The notes: generated from the sequence alone by a model not told the origin. A stretch of 64,000 bases of DNA from Octopus vulgaris (GCA_951406725.2 OX597814.1:202244001-202308000); one strand, 5' to 3'; shown: positions 35,881 through 49,354, counted from the stretch's first letter. Made by a program: numbers and translations.

Positions 35881-36590
35881 ACTTGTTTTGGTCATTGTGA
35901 CTGCAGCCATGCTGGAGCACTGCTTTTAGTCAAACAAGTCAACCTCAGGACTTATTCTTTGTAATCCTAGTACTTATTCTATTGGTCCCTTTTGACCAAC
36001 CACTAAGTTACAGAGATGTAAACATACCAACATCGGTTGGCAAGTAATGGTGGGGAGACAAACTGGCACTCCGTCGGTTATGACAACAAGGGTTCCAGTT
36101 GATCCGATCAACGGAACAGCCTGCTCATGAAATTAACATGCAAGTGGCTGAGCACTCCACAAACACGTGTACCCTTAACGTAGTTCTCGGGGAGATTCAG
36201 CGTGAAACAGAGTGTGACAAGGCTGGCCCTTTTAAAATACAGGTAGAACACATTTTTGCCAGCTGAGTCGACTGGAGCAACAGGAAATAAAGTATCTTGC
36301 TCAAGGACACAACACTTCATAGGGAATTGAACTGAAGACCCTATGATCATGAGTCAAATACCCTAACCATTAAACTATGTGCCTTCATGAGACAAACACA
36401 GATACACAAATACAGACACACGCACATACATATATATATATGGTGGGTTTCTTTCAGTTTCCATCTACCAAATCCACTCACAAGGGGCTTTAGTAGAAGA
36501 CACTTGCCCAAGGTGCCACACAGTGGGACTGAACCTGGAACCATGTGGTTGGGAAGCAAGCTTCTTACCACAGAGCCATGTTTGTGCCTT
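35881..36590 (-). mobile_element. SINE A with nested tRNA-derived SINE H (about 36062-36387)
   Basis: A sequence is split at GAGACAAAC, duplicated on both sides; insert has a C-like head but a different tail (...CCGACGGAGTGCCAG). Confidence 0.8.
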
Positions 36591-36869
36591 GGGTGTATTC
36601 TTCAAAGAGAAATGGACCGTGTAAATTCTGAGGAAAAAAGACAAAACCTAAGTATATTTATAGAATTTATTCAAATCGATCAATTGAAGTCACATGATTT
36701 AAAATTTTTTAAAATCATGGAAACTCCTCTTCCATTTGAAAATTAGATACAAAAGGTGTCAAAATCGATAAGTTATCAATTATGAATTTAGAAAACACTT
36801 TTATACTTGGAGAGAAATGTCTACAAAGAAAATAAGTTAGTTCTGTCAGAAATGAAGAAATACAGCAGT

Positions 36870-37228
36870 CCATCATCATAATCATCTTCATCACCTCCAT
36901 CCTCACCATGATCATCGTCGTCATCATCATTATCATCACCACCATCACCACCACCACAACCACTGCCGCCGCTACTACGACCACCACCACCATCACCATC
37001 ACTACCACTACCATCACAAGCACTACTACCATCACCACCACCATTATCATCGTCATCATCATTATCATTATCATCATCATCATCATCACCACCACCACCA
37101 CCACCACCATCACCAACATTACCACTATCATCACCAGCACTACTACCATCACCACCACCATTATCATCATCATCACCACCACCACCACCACAACTACTAC
37201 CACCACCAACATCTTCATCATCATCACT
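36870..37228. repeat. (CAT/CAC)n microsatellite
   Basis: Direct inspection. Confidence 0.9.
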
Positions 37229-37696
37229 TTAACATCCACTTTTCCATCACACGATGTCAGCCAGAGGTATACATAAACACACACACAGACACACACACAC
37301 ACACACACATACATGCCAATGGCACCACACAGTGGGACTGAACTTGCTGCTGTGTGGTTCGGGAAGCAATCCTTTCGTCCACGCATCCACACCATTTCCA
37401 TGGGAGAAACATTTAAAAATGTTGTCTGAGTTTCTAGTGATGACGACTTCTGTTGGCGTTGGTTTGCTTTTATTCAAAGCTTCGACTCTTATCAATGGAA
37501 TATCTCGTAACACAATCATTCCTGAAACAAAAGACAATTTTTCAGCATTCTTCCTGCAATAAAATTCCACTAAAATACAAAAAGAAGCCCTCTTTAACAT
37601 AAGTGGTCTGTGTGTGTGTACATGTATATATACATATATATCTGTTGGTATGTACATATATGTATATATGCATATATATATATATATGTTATTTAT

Positions 37697-38215
37697 TTAA
37701 CTGCTAGAATAAGAATAGCCTGGGCAAAGTTTAGGGAGCTCTTACCTCTGCTGGTGACTAAAGGCCTCTCGCTCAGAGTAAAAGGCAGACTGTATGATGC
37801 ATGTGTACGAACAGCTATGCTACATGGCAGTGAAACATGGGCCGTGACTGCTGAGGACATGCGTAAGCTCGTGAGGAACGAAGCCAGTATGCTCCGATGG
37901 ATGTGTAATGTCGGTGTACTTACTCGACAGAGCGTTAGTACCTTGAGAGAAATGTTGTACCTAAGAAGCATCAGTTGTTGTGTGCAAGAGAGACGATTGC
38001 GCTGGTATGGTCATGTGGCGAGAATGGATGAAGATAGGTGTGTGAGAAAGTGCCAATCCCTAGCAGTTGAGGGAACCCGTGGAAGAGGTAGACCCAGGAA
38101 AACCTGGGACGAGGTGGTGAAGCACGACCTTCGGACGTTAGGTCTCACCATGGAAATGACTAGAGACCGAGACCTATGGAAGTATGCTGTGCGTGAGAAG
38201 ACCCGGCAAGACTAG
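37697..38215 (+). pseudogene. RTE-clade LINE ORF2 C-terminus (5'-truncated, open frame)
   Basis: TARIRIAWAKFRELLPLL...LYDACVRTAMLHGSETW...RRLRWYGHVARM...RGRGRPRKTW...DRDLWK: typical RTE/BovB-like C-terminal motifs. Confidence 0.93.
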
Positions 38216-38830
38216 TGAAGCCATAATCCGTGGCCCCTACCTGGGACGTAGTCAGTCCACCTGTGCATACCTTCCTTCTTGTGACACTTGTGAAGACCTG
38301 TTGAGGCAAGTGAGAATCGAATCGTATCGAATCAAATCGAACCAAATCAAAATAGATGAACATCAATAGAATTTGTATCCTTGTGGTACCAGTGCCGGTG
38401 GCACATAAGAAAACCATCCGAACGTGACCGTAGCCAGTACCGCAATGACTGGCCTCCGTGCTGAGGGCACGTAACAAACACCATCCGAGCGTGGCCGTCC
38501 GCCAGCCTCGTCTGGCACCTGTGTCGGTGACACATAAGAAAACACCATCCGAGCGTGGCCGTCTGCCAGCCTCGTCTGGCACCTGTGTCGGTGGCACATA
38601 AAAAACACCATCCGAGCGTGGCCGTCTGCCAGCCTCGTCTGGCACCTGTGTCGGTGGCACATAAAATCACCCACTACACTCTCGGAGTGGTTGGCGTTAG
38701 GAAGGGCATCCAGCTGTAGAAACACTGCCACATCTGACTGGCCTGGTGCAGCCTTCGGGCTTCCCAGACCCCAGTTGAACCGTCCAACCCATGCTAGCAT
38801 GGAAAGCGGACGTTAAACGATGATGATGAT
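37697..38830 (+). mobile_element. 5'-truncated RTE LINE (family D) with 62-bp tandem-repeat 3'UTR and (GAT)n tail
   Basis: ORF end, (AATCG/AATCA)n, 4-5 tandem units, conserved tail. Confidence 0.92.
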
Positions 38831-38895
38831 TTATATTATTATATGATCGAATGCCATGCATCCATTTCGAAGTAAGTTTTATCTATATCTATATC

Positions 38896-38954
<59 letters not shown>

Positions 38955-39420
38955 ATATGCATATATGTGTGTGTGTGTATGTATATGCATATATGTGTGT
39001 GTATGTTTATATATGTGTGCGTGTACATGTTTGTGTGTATATGTATATGCATATATATATGAATGTATATGTGTGCATATAGATATATATATGTGTGAAT
39101 ATATATATATATATATGTATATATGTATATATGTTTGTGTGTGTGTGCAGAAAGTACTATTTTTTTCTTGTGTTTTCTAATTTTCAAAACTTCTAGAATT
39201 TACAAGTGTCTACTTTCTCTGAAATATTCTTCATCTTAAAATAATGCTCTTTATTTCCATATTTGTATGATAACAATCTAAATATCCTTTCTAATTTTTG
39301 GCACACAGCCAGAAATTATGAGGGGAGGGGGAAGTTGATTACATCAATCCAGGTGCCTCAAATGGTAATCATTTTATCGACCCTGGTTGAAAGACAAAGC
39401 ACTACTACCATCACCACAGC

Positions 39421-39464
<44 letters not shown>

Positions 39465-39594
39465 CCACCACCACCACCACCACCATCACCATCACTACCC
39501 CACTATCATCACCAGCACTACTACCATCACCACCACCACCACAACTACTACCACTACCAACATCATCATCATCCCTTTAACATCCACTTTTCCA

Positions 39595-40845
39595 AAGTCA
39601 ACCACAGCAGAATTTGAATTCAGAACTTAAAGACAGCTGAAACTCCACTAAGGATTTTGCCCAGCATGCTAACAGTTATGCCAGCCCACTATTAATATCT
39701 TTTTTCACTAAAGGCACAAGGCCTGAAATTTTGTGGAGATGGAACTAGTTGATTATATCAATCCCCAGTGTTTCACTGGTATCTAATTTATTGACACCAA
39801 AAGGCAAAGTCGACCTTAATGGAAAGCAAATCAAGATTGAAATCAAAAAGGAAATTGTACTTGTTGCCGATGTCAGTGCCGCCTGACTGGCACCTGTGCT
39901 GGTGGCACATAATAAGCACCATTTAAGCATGGGTCGATGCCAGTGCCACCTGACTGGCTCCCCATGCCAGGGGTATGTAAAAAGCACCATCCAAACGTGG
40001 TCGATGCCAGAACTACCTGACTGACACCTGTGCTAGTGGCATGTAATAAACCTCATTAAAGTGTGGGTCAATGCTAGTGCCGCCTGACTGGCATCCATGC
40101 TGATGGCATGTAATAAGTCCCATTCAAGTGTGGGTCAATGCCAGGGCCACCCAACTAGCTCCCATGCCAGTGACACGTAAAAAGCACCCACTACACTTTC
40201 GGAGAGGTTGGCATTAGGAAGGGCATCCAGCTGTAGAGACCTTGCCAGATCAGATTGGAGAATGGTGTAGTCAACTGGTTTGCCAGTCCCCAGTCAAACC
40301 GTCCAACCCATGACAGCATGGAAAACGGACATTAAACGATGATGATGATGATGAATGGGTAAACAGACAAAATACCTATTTCTTTACTACCCACAAGGGG
40401 CTAAACACAAAGGGGACAAACAAGAACAGACAAACAGATTAAGTCGATTACATCGACCCCAGTGCATAACTGGTACTTAATCTATTGACCCCGAAAGGAT
40501 GAAATGCAAAGTCGACCTTGGTGGAATTTGAACTCAGAATGTAACGGTAGACAAAATACTGTTAAGCATTTCCCCCAACATGCTAACAATTCTGCAAGGT
40601 CACTGCCCTCTGCCTACTACTAATATTCTTTTCTACTCAAAGCAACAAGGCCCGAAATTTTGGAGGAGGGGGGCCAGTTGATTAGATCAACCCCAGTATG
40701 CAACTGGTACTTAATTTATCAACCCTGAAAGGATGAAAGGCAAAGGTGACCCCTGCGGAATTTGAACTCAGAATGTAAAGACAGACGAAATACCACAAAG
40801 CATTTCACCCAGCATGCTAACATTTCTACCAGCTCACCACCTTGT
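39595..40845. mobile_element. Cluster of SINE B copies (-) and an RTE 3'UTR (+, about 39850-40352)
   Basis: B pieces at 39595-39820, 40374-40605, 40625-40842; D tail ending (GAT)n at 40352. Confidence 0.8.
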
Positions 40846-41622
40846 CCACAACAACTAATATTATCATGATTTTATCCAGCAGAAATAACTGTGTTTCATG
40901 CTAGTATCAAAAAAGGGTCCTTTGTTATTTTCTTATCAAAAATCCCAAATATATAACGCAACAACATTTCTGCTCCCAGAAATGTAGTGGTGGCTACCAC
41001 TCCAGATAATTTAACTAATGAAGCTGTCTTCTGTTTTTAGAAAGTCTTGTATTATTTTGATCTACCGTTTGACTAGTTGTCACCCTAAACTACCTTCTTC
41101 CCTATTTTGCTAAATTGTTTTTCACTGAACAGAACCCTTAAAACAGAAATGATACAAAGGAAAAATAACAAATTAACCTGACAATAAGTTCCAAATATAT
41201 ATTTCCATATTGCAACGTGACACAAAAGTTATTTCCATCATGTAGTAATATAGTGATGTGTTAATGTGCTAAATTGGTCTGATAATGATAAGATGCCAGG
41301 TTAATTGGATGTGACTCTCCTGTAACTGTAGCAAGATTTGGTTGGCCATCAATGGTTTAGAACCTTGAACCTATGCTATTATAACATTGCTAAATTGCTA
41401 AATTGTACTATATATATATATATATATATATATACTTGTTTATGGTATATTTATACCTATAACAATATTTTTGAACTACTATTTTCATATTCTTATTTGC
41501 TCTGGCTGTTTTTTATGAATATGATGAATCTTTATTAGAAATCATTTTTTTCTCTCTTTTTGGATCTCTCAAAAAGTTTGAATTGTTCTTTTTGAACTTA
41601 TTTTTTATATATATATATATAT

Positions 41623-41900
41623 ACTAGCAAAGATACCCAGTGTTGACTGTGTCACATAGAATTGAATTGAAGAATTAGACTCTTCTTTTATATTTTCTCT
41701 AATGAACTGGAATACCTATGATTCGAATTTCATCAAAATTGGAGATTAGGAATTTTAATGAGGGTTCTTTCACTCTTTACACACCCTAACAAAAATTCTA
41801 ATCATGGCACATTTATCCCATACTACTCATCTTTATGTCCAGATTCCAAAATCCAAATCTTATAAAACCTATTCAAAGGTTTTTGCTCCTGAAAAATGTA
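41623..41900. mobile_element. Possible Helitron/Helentron-type non-autonomous element
   Basis: Begins ACTAGCAAAGATACCCAGTGTTG in (TA)n, resembling ACTAG...ACCCGGCGTT termini; degenerate. Confidence 0.35.
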
Positions 41901-41924
41901 ATATATATATATATATATATATAT

Positions 41925-42149
41925 TTCAAAATGTAACTACATGTGGATCGTTGGCAATTTTTTCCTCTGTTTTCCATTTCTCCTGGCCTCTCCTCTGTCT
42001 CTGTTTCCTGTTTCAGAAGAAGAGCTTTGCTCGAAATATAAAACTACCTTTCTTTCCTTCCCTGAGCCTCTGTTAATACTTTGCATGTGTCACATCCTCA
42101 CTCTGTTGTTGTTTTCTTGTGTTTTTCTTCATTCTTTGGGATTAATTAT

Positions 42150-42150
<1 letters not shown>
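41925..42150 (+). mobile_element. PLE-like short insert in (TA)n with degenerate hammerhead at 42010-42044
   Basis: GTTT CAGAAGA A GAGC ttt GCTC GAAA TA TA AAAC. Confidence 0.55.
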
Positions 42151-42218
<68 letters not shown>

Positions 42219-42762
42219 CACATACCAAGGTAAGAACCATTAAATAGACATCAAATTCCAACATACATACCCAACTCATTACAATCTTACTAATCCTTCA
42301 TCAACCATCAGATTTCAGTGAGTTTTACTCCCACTGTGAAATTATTTTTAAAACTGCTGTCATTAACCCAACAATAAACACACACACACACACACACACA
42401 CACTGGTTTTGTTTCACTTCTTTTAGTTTTATTAGTCAATTGGTTAAGCATTTAACTGCTTGATTACTCAATTGTTAGATTAAGTTCGCTAATTGATCAA
42501 ATCACCTAGCTTCATCAGGGTTCTATCATCACCATTCATGACCCTATCAGTCCTTCTGTCACTATTCATGGCCTCTTCAATGACATTTTCTCTCACTTCT
42601 GGGTCTGCTATTCCTGGAATAAAGAGGGCATTGATGAGGGTCTTGTATGGTAATGAAAGGATTCCAACACACCCACTTCATTGCCTGACTGCTCAAATGA
42701 TTAATCAACCAGTCAGTTAGTTAATTGGTTAAATAATTAATCAGTTTACTGACAATTATAAA

Positions 42763-43163
42763 GTGGAGTGGTTGTGTGGTAAGTAGCTTGCTTACCAACA
42801 ACATGGTTCCGGGTTCAGTCTCACTGCGTGGCACCTTGGGCAAGTGTCGTCTACTATAGCCTTGGGCTGACCAAGGCCTTTTGAGTGGATTTGGTAGACG
42901 GAAGCTCAAAGAAGCCCGTCGTATAAATGTATATATACATATGTGTGTATGTTTGTGTGTCTGTGTTTGTTCCCCTAGCATTGCTTGACAACCGATGCTG
43001 GTGTGTTTATGCCCCCACCACTTAGCGGTTTGTTAAAAGAGACCGATAGAATAAGTACTAGGCTTACAAAGAATAAATCCCGGGGTCGAATTGCTCAACT
43101 AAAGGCGGTGCTCCAGCATGGCCACAGTCAAATGACTGAAACAAGTAAAAGAGTAAAAGAGTA
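42763..43163 (+). mobile_element. SINE A, full length
   Basis: Head to tail match. Confidence 0.9.
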
Positions 43164-43697
43164 AGTGTTGTTTATTCTCGACATAATGACCCTCCCTAGA
43201 CACAACAAAATCTGTTTCATTACACCAGCTCACATCAAGAATCTTTGTACACCAAATGCAAAATTGAAATATTCAACATATTTTTGGCTTTTAGTAGATT
43301 TACCGACATGTCACTTGAGTCTCTAAGACTGATGAAGGAAGAGAGGAAGTTATTCTTTTACCAAAGATATGCTTCAAATACTCTTGGAAACCACATCTGC
43401 TCTAGGCACCCGGCGGGTCGGTAGGAAGGTTAAACCAGGTGACAGAAGTTACCTCCAAGTGCAGTGATAATAAAATGGTAAATGATATCTGTATGCCTTC
43501 CATGACAGCCATGCTGTTTGGTTAATGGATTAATGGAGGAGAAAATTAATAGAGTCAAAAGGATTAGAAAAAAATTGGAAAATGATTTAAGCATGTTATT
43601 TACAAGTGACTGCTGGATAAAGGCAGTTTGCTACAGCATGTAAATGCACGTGAAGTTAATTTGAAGTTTCTGGCTAACAGGACTCTCTATGCTACTG

Positions 43698-43777
43698 CAA
43701 ATAACGATGATGATAACAACAACAACAACAACAATAACAATAATAATAATAATGATAATAATAATACCAACAACAAC

Positions 43778-43808
<31 letters not shown>

Positions 43809-43817
43809 TTTTTGATA

Positions 43818-43869
<52 letters not shown>

Positions 43870-44750
43870 TAATAATAATGATAACAATAATAATAATATT
43901 ATAATAATAACAATGCTAATAATAATAACAACAATAATAATATTATAATAATAACAATGATAATAATAACAACAACAACAATAATAATAATAATAATAAT
44001 AATAAAAATAATAATAATAACTCTCATGGCTTCTGATCTTAACTGATTGGAAGTGTTATCATGTACATTGTTTTATCTTGGTATAAAAGATGGGCTACAG
44101 CAAATATTCTGCTCAATACCACAGATTTGCTTGTCAGTTGTTTGACCTTAACCAGTTGAGCATGTCCCTTAGTGGCTGACGATATGTGCATCTCTGATCA
44201 CGAGCAGAAGTAGTGGGGGAGCATCATGGCCATGTGTTGAGAGGGATTCTTTGGGGTTTGAATAATTCACCTCTGGAAACATGGGTGGTTCTTTCAACAT
44301 CCTTAAACAACCCTTATTCAGAGACCTTTTGAGCGGGATGGGCTACTCAACCTGAAGAAAATTCTAACTGGGCCCCACCTGCAAGGTCATGTGCTGTTTA
44401 TCTTGATATGAGATCACCATGTCGCGCACATATGGTTGTGATGCATGTGCCTGGTGTACCTTTATCAGACGGGTAGTCATGATGGGTATATTGGGCTTCG
44501 TATATTTTACCCCAGTGTCACTTTGATGGCATGCACTGATCTCTCACTCAATAATAATAATGATAATGATAAAATTTTTGATAATAATGATAATGATAAT
44601 AATAATAATAACAATAATAATAATAACAACAATAATAATATTATAATAATAACAATGATAATAATAACAACAACAACAATAATAATAATAATAATAACAA
44701 TGATAATAATAACAATGATAATAATAACAATGATAATAATAATAAAACAA
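43698..44750. repeat. (AAT/AAC)n microsatellite interrupted by family F
   Basis: Direct inspection; AAAATTTTTGATAATAATGAT recurs on both sides (43805, 44571). Confidence 0.9.
44020..44550 (+). mobile_element. Family F, longest copy (530 bp)
   Basis: CTCTCATGGCTTCTGATC...CTCTCACTCAATAAT; reverse complement of 7521-7985. Confidence 0.88.
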
Positions 44751-44884
44751 TTTAGCAGAACCTTAGTTTTCAGTTCTCAGTCCTCTTTCACATACACTAT
44801 ATCAATGCTAATCATAAATTACCCACCTCCACGGCCGCCCCCTTGTAAAACATCCAGACTTGCTGTTTCTTGAGGTCTCTCTCT

Positions 44885-45115
44885 CTCTTTTACTCTTTTA
44901 CTTGTTTCAGTCATTTGACTGCGGCCATGCTGGAGCACCGCCTTTAATCGAGCAGCTCAACCCCGGGACTTATTCTTTGTAAGCCCAGTACTTATTCTAT
45001 TGGTCTCTTTTGCCGAACTGCTAAGTGACGGGGACGTAAACACACCAGCATCGGTTGTCAAGCAATGCTAGGGTGACAAACACAGACACACAAATACACA
45101 CACACATATATATAT
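44885..45115 (-). mobile_element. SINE A 3' half
   Basis: Tail and body match. Confidence 0.88.
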
Positions 45116-45174
45116 ATGTGAAAACCCCGGAAGAGCATGAATGAAACAAAGCAACAATATTGTAAGTATTAATA

Positions 45175-45178
45175 GTGG

Positions 45179-45216
<38 letters not shown>

Positions 45217-45525
45217 GTGATGATGATGGTGATGGTGGTGGTAGTGGTGGTGGTGATGATGATGATGATGATGACGACAATGATGATGATGATGATGATG
45301 ATGATGGTTATGATGGTGGTGGTGGTGGTGGTTGTGGTGGTGATGGTGATAGTGATGATGATGATGGGGATGGTGATAGTGATGATGATGATGATGATGG
45401 TGAGGATGATGATGATCATCATCATCATGATCATCATCATCATGATCATCATGATGATGGTAATGATGGTTATGATGATGGTGGTTGTGGTGATGATGAT
45501 GATGATGATGATGATGATGCTAATG
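45175..45525. repeat. (GAT/GGT)n microsatellite
   Basis: Direct inspection. Confidence 0.92.
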
Positions 45526-45682
45526 AACATAAAGAAGAATGGACTGCTACTAAGCATTCTGCATTTTGCCTGGCATGCTAATGATTCTCTCAGTTCATCA
45601 CCTTTCAGTTTGGGAGTAAGAAAAAGTAATGACAAGATGTATTTTGAGTGTGGATTAAAAACACAGTAAGTTATTTTTTTTT

Positions 45683-46628
45683 TACATTATTTACATTATT
45701 TACTTTTGACGGATATTTTGTCCTCATCTTGTTTGTTGTTAACCCAGCGTTTCGGCTGATATACCCTCCAGCCTTCATCAGGTGTCTTGGGGAAATTCCT
45801 AAAGTATTTTTCAATGCTATTATTATCATTATCATTATTCAGGTCACTGCCTGAAATCGAACTCGGAATCTTGGGGTTAAGAGCAGGCTACTAAGCCCAA
45901 GATTCCGACTTTGATTCCAGGCAGTGACCTGAATAATAATAATAATAATAATAGTAATAGTAATAATAAATTGAAAGACTTCAGACAAAGAACATGCCTC
46001 CTCATTGATATTACTGTCCCAATCGATATAAATGTATCTGTCAAGACCTACCAAAAACTGAGCAAATATAAAGATCTTGAAATAGAAATCAGCAAAATGT
46101 GGAACCTGAAGACTAAAACAATACCTGTTGTCATAGGTGCCCTGGGAATGATAGCGAAAGGGGCTGATTGCTACCTAACTCAGATACCAGGAAACCCCAA
46201 AATGGCAGAATTCAAAAGATAGTGCTCATGGGAGCTGCTCATATCCTACGCAAAATACTCTCTATGTAATCCCAAGGTTTAAAACAAACTTTTTTTTTTT
46301 TTTTTTTACATATTAGACATTCACTAGTACAACACCAAAAAAAAAAAAAAACCAAATATTTGGCACACTAAGCATAACAACAACGTGAACTTCCAACCTG
46401 TTGTCTCTTGAGGTCTCTGGGTGAGACTTGGAGCCAACTTGTACAGACATAAAGCAAAAGTCAAACATAGAATAATAATAATAATAATAATAATAACATC
46501 GAAATATGCCTTAGGAATGAGAACCCAGGTTTTAAATTTCCCCAAGACAGAAGATGAGGACACATATCTGTCAAATGTAAATAATGCAAATAACGTGCAT
46601 AATTTCTCTTCTCTTAGATATAGAACTA
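45683..46628. mobile_element. Family P1 fold-back element with inverted tRNA-like heads at the centre, interrupted by a Dong-like LINE
   Basis: Left arm (minus) with hammerhead 45741-45786; centre 45838-45933 inverted tRNA-like segments; right arm resumes at 46496 and ends TCTCTTAGATATAGAACT. Confidence 0.75.
45971..46470 (+). pseudogene. R4/Dong-like LINE 3' end (restriction-like endonuclease C-terminus + 3'UTR) inserted in (AAT)n
   Basis: KDFRQRTCLLIDITVP...KLSKYKDLEIEISKMWNLKTKTIPVVIGALG.../QKIVLMGAAHILRKILSM*; (AAT)n both sides. Confidence 0.88.
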
Positions 46629-47230
46629 AAGTAAGTTTTTATACCAGCAAATTGAAAGCTTTTATTTGGATGTAATCCAGAGTCCAGCAATATTTAAGCG
46701 TATAGCCAGTATGACTTTTGGAAATCCTATTTATCAATTTGATTGGAATTGAGCCATGTATTGATAGATAAGACTCAGAAATACAATAAACTTCAACTCA
46801 GAGGGGAAAATAATGCAACTATTTCAATGATTTGGTTTCAAATTCAGAAAGAAATTTGAACAAAATTATTTTCAATTCCTTGTTATTAAGGTGGGGAGGT
46901 CAGAGGAAATTGTGGAATTTCCTTGTTGATACACACACACATACATACATGCGTACCACACACGCACAAACACACATACATATAAGGTCATGTGAACAGA
47001 AATCTTGATTGAATTTACCCATTGGCTTTGGCCAATATCCAATCAACTTGCTTCTAATGATAAAGTACTTTAAAGAAATTAACCATTAACATTTTGTTTA
47101 TTTAATGCAGATGGATCACTTGATTAGTAATTATCGTCATGTCTTACGTATGATTTAGTAATTACATATATAACCATGTAAAATATATACAAACAACTTT
47201 TGTGTGTTTGTTTATTTTTTAGTTGACTAT

Positions 47231-47618
47231 AGGCGCAGGAGTGGCTGTGTGGTAAGTAGCTTGCTAACCAACCACATGGTTCTGGGTTCAGTTCCACTGC
47301 ATGGCACATTCGGCAAGTGTCTTCTACTATAGCCTCAGGCTGACCAAAGCCTTGTGAGTGGATTTGGTAGACAGAAACTGAAAGAAGCCTGTTGTATATA
47401 TATATATATATATATATATTCGGTACAATTTGTTTATTTTAGTAGTTTTGACTGCAAAAGTCCCTCCTAGCGTGCGGTACCTATGAATAATAGTACCCTC
47501 TATATAATATAAATAAGTATTTTCAAAGTTGAAAAAATTTACAGATTTTTTCTCTTACAAGGTTTTTCACGCTAACTACTGACAATTTCTTATAAAGATT
47601 TTATCCTTATTTTTAAAA

Positions 47619-47652
<34 letters not shown>

Positions 47653-47900
47653 CTGTGTGTGTGTGTGTGTATATGTTTGTGTGTCTGTGTTTGTTCCTGC
47701 ACCATTGCTTGACAACCAATGCTGGTGTGTTTACGTCACCGTAACTTAGTGGTTCAGCAAAAGAGACCAATAGAATAAAGTACTAGGCTTACAAAGAATA
47801 AGTCCTGGGGTTGATTTGCTTGACTAAAGGCGGTGCTCCAGCATGGCCGCAGTCAAATGACTGAAACAAGTAAAAGAGTAAAGAGTAAAGAGTAAAGAGA
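47231..47900 (+). mobile_element. SINE A, full length, with family E insert (about 47419-47620) in its internal (TA)n
   Basis: A halves flank a 200-bp sequence also present at 51.7-51.9 kb and 60.75-60.85 kb. Confidence 0.85.
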
Positions 47901-48262
47901 GTACTCACCAGCAATTCTCAAAAAAATGTGCTGTGGATTTAAAAAAAACATAATTTAAGGCTTTAAAAATTTCATATCTAAATTTGAAATATTTTACAAA
48001 AGATGCTTTTTGATGATTCTGTTAACACATAATTGGTATCTCAAAACCATCTTGATAATGCTTGTCCATGAGGGCCTCTACCCCATCAACCTTATCCCTG
48101 CCAATTCACATTTCATCCCCTAACACACAAAATGTACTGCTGCTGATGCCATGTGAAAATCTCTGGTGCTGGGGTCACAGGATTGGAATTATAAACCCTG
48201 AGTTTCGAAATCCTTCTGCTGTTCTCATTTCCTCATTGGTGTGAACAAGGCCTTTCAACAAT

Positions 48263-48668
48263 CTCTTTACTCTTTTTATTCTTTTACTTGTTTCAGTCAT
48301 GTGACTGTGGCCATGTTGGAGCGCTGCCTTTAGTCAAGCAAATCGACCCAGGACTTATTCTTTGTAAGCCTAGTACTTATTCTATCGGTTTCTTTTGCCA
48401 AACTGCTAAGTTACGGGGATGTAAACACACCAGCATCGGTTGTTAAGCGATGTTGGGGTCACAAACACAGACACACAAACATACACACATATATATACAT
48501 ATATACAACAGGCTTCTTTCAGTTTCCGTCTACCAAATCCACTCACAAGGCTTTGGTCAGCCGGAGGCTATAGTTGAACACACTTGCCCAAGGTGCCACG
48601 CAATGGAACTGAACCTGGCACCATGTGGTTCATAAGCAAGCTACTTACCACACATCCACTCCTATGCC
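48263..48668 (-). mobile_element. SINE A, full length
   Basis: Reverse complement of consensus. Confidence 0.88.
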
Positions 48669-48979
48669 TCAAAAACAAATTTTGTGCAACAATGACTTCT
48701 GAGAATTAAATATGGGTGTACTTCTTTGGAACTGTTCCAAGAATTAAGTTGCTTATTAGAAACAGCCAAATTCATGTAACTCCTTAAGAATGAGGCATTA
48801 AATTAAGTTGAACTCATTTCTTTCAAATGCACAAAGTTAGAAGAAATAAGTGATAATCAGTTATACTGACTCCAGGACTTGTCAGATTCTTTACTTTATG
48901 GACCCTAGAATGATGAAACATAAAGGTGACCAGTACGAAATTTTAATTCTTTAAATTAAATTAAATTAAATTAATAACA

Positions 48980-49345
48980 AACAAGAGCACCCAATGAGCG
49001 CTAACCTCCACAAATGCAACACCAACATCCTCTCAATGATTAGCCAGAGATGATTTTTAAAATGAGAATATCTGGAATAAACTCGATCACTCTCAGAAGT
49101 GAGAATACTAAAAATGAATCCAACTGCTCTCAAAATTAAGTAAAAAAAACAGGAAAAATAATCCAGAATCCTTGTCCAGTACCAGATCGATCCCCAAATC
49201 TAATCAGTTCATGCCAGTCATGAGGTCAAACATTCCTGAAAGTTTCATCTGAATCCATCCAGCAGTTCTTGAGATATCTTGTCCACGAACAAACAAACAA
49301 ACACAACTGAAAACAATACCTTCGCCTTCGCTAAGGTGGAGGTAA
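48980..49345 (+). mobile_element. Helentron-associated (HINE/DINE-like) non-autonomous element
   Basis: Starts AACAAGAGCAC, has AAAGTTTCATCTGAATCCATCC...TTCTTGAGATATC, (AAAC)n, and terminal hairpin TACCTTCGCC-TTCGCTAA-GGTGGAGGTA. Confidence 0.6.
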
Positions 49346-49354
49346 CGATACAGT

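Noticed and set aside
38390-38665. CRISPR-like array (also 54410-54670)
   Set aside because: Units are contiguous 62-bp tandem repeats without unique spacers, inside an RTE 3'UTR; no cas genes; eukaryotic context
44020-44060. 5S rRNA-like head for family F
   Set aside because: Only a weak resemblance (CTGATCT..CTGATT.GGAAG); no box C or further match
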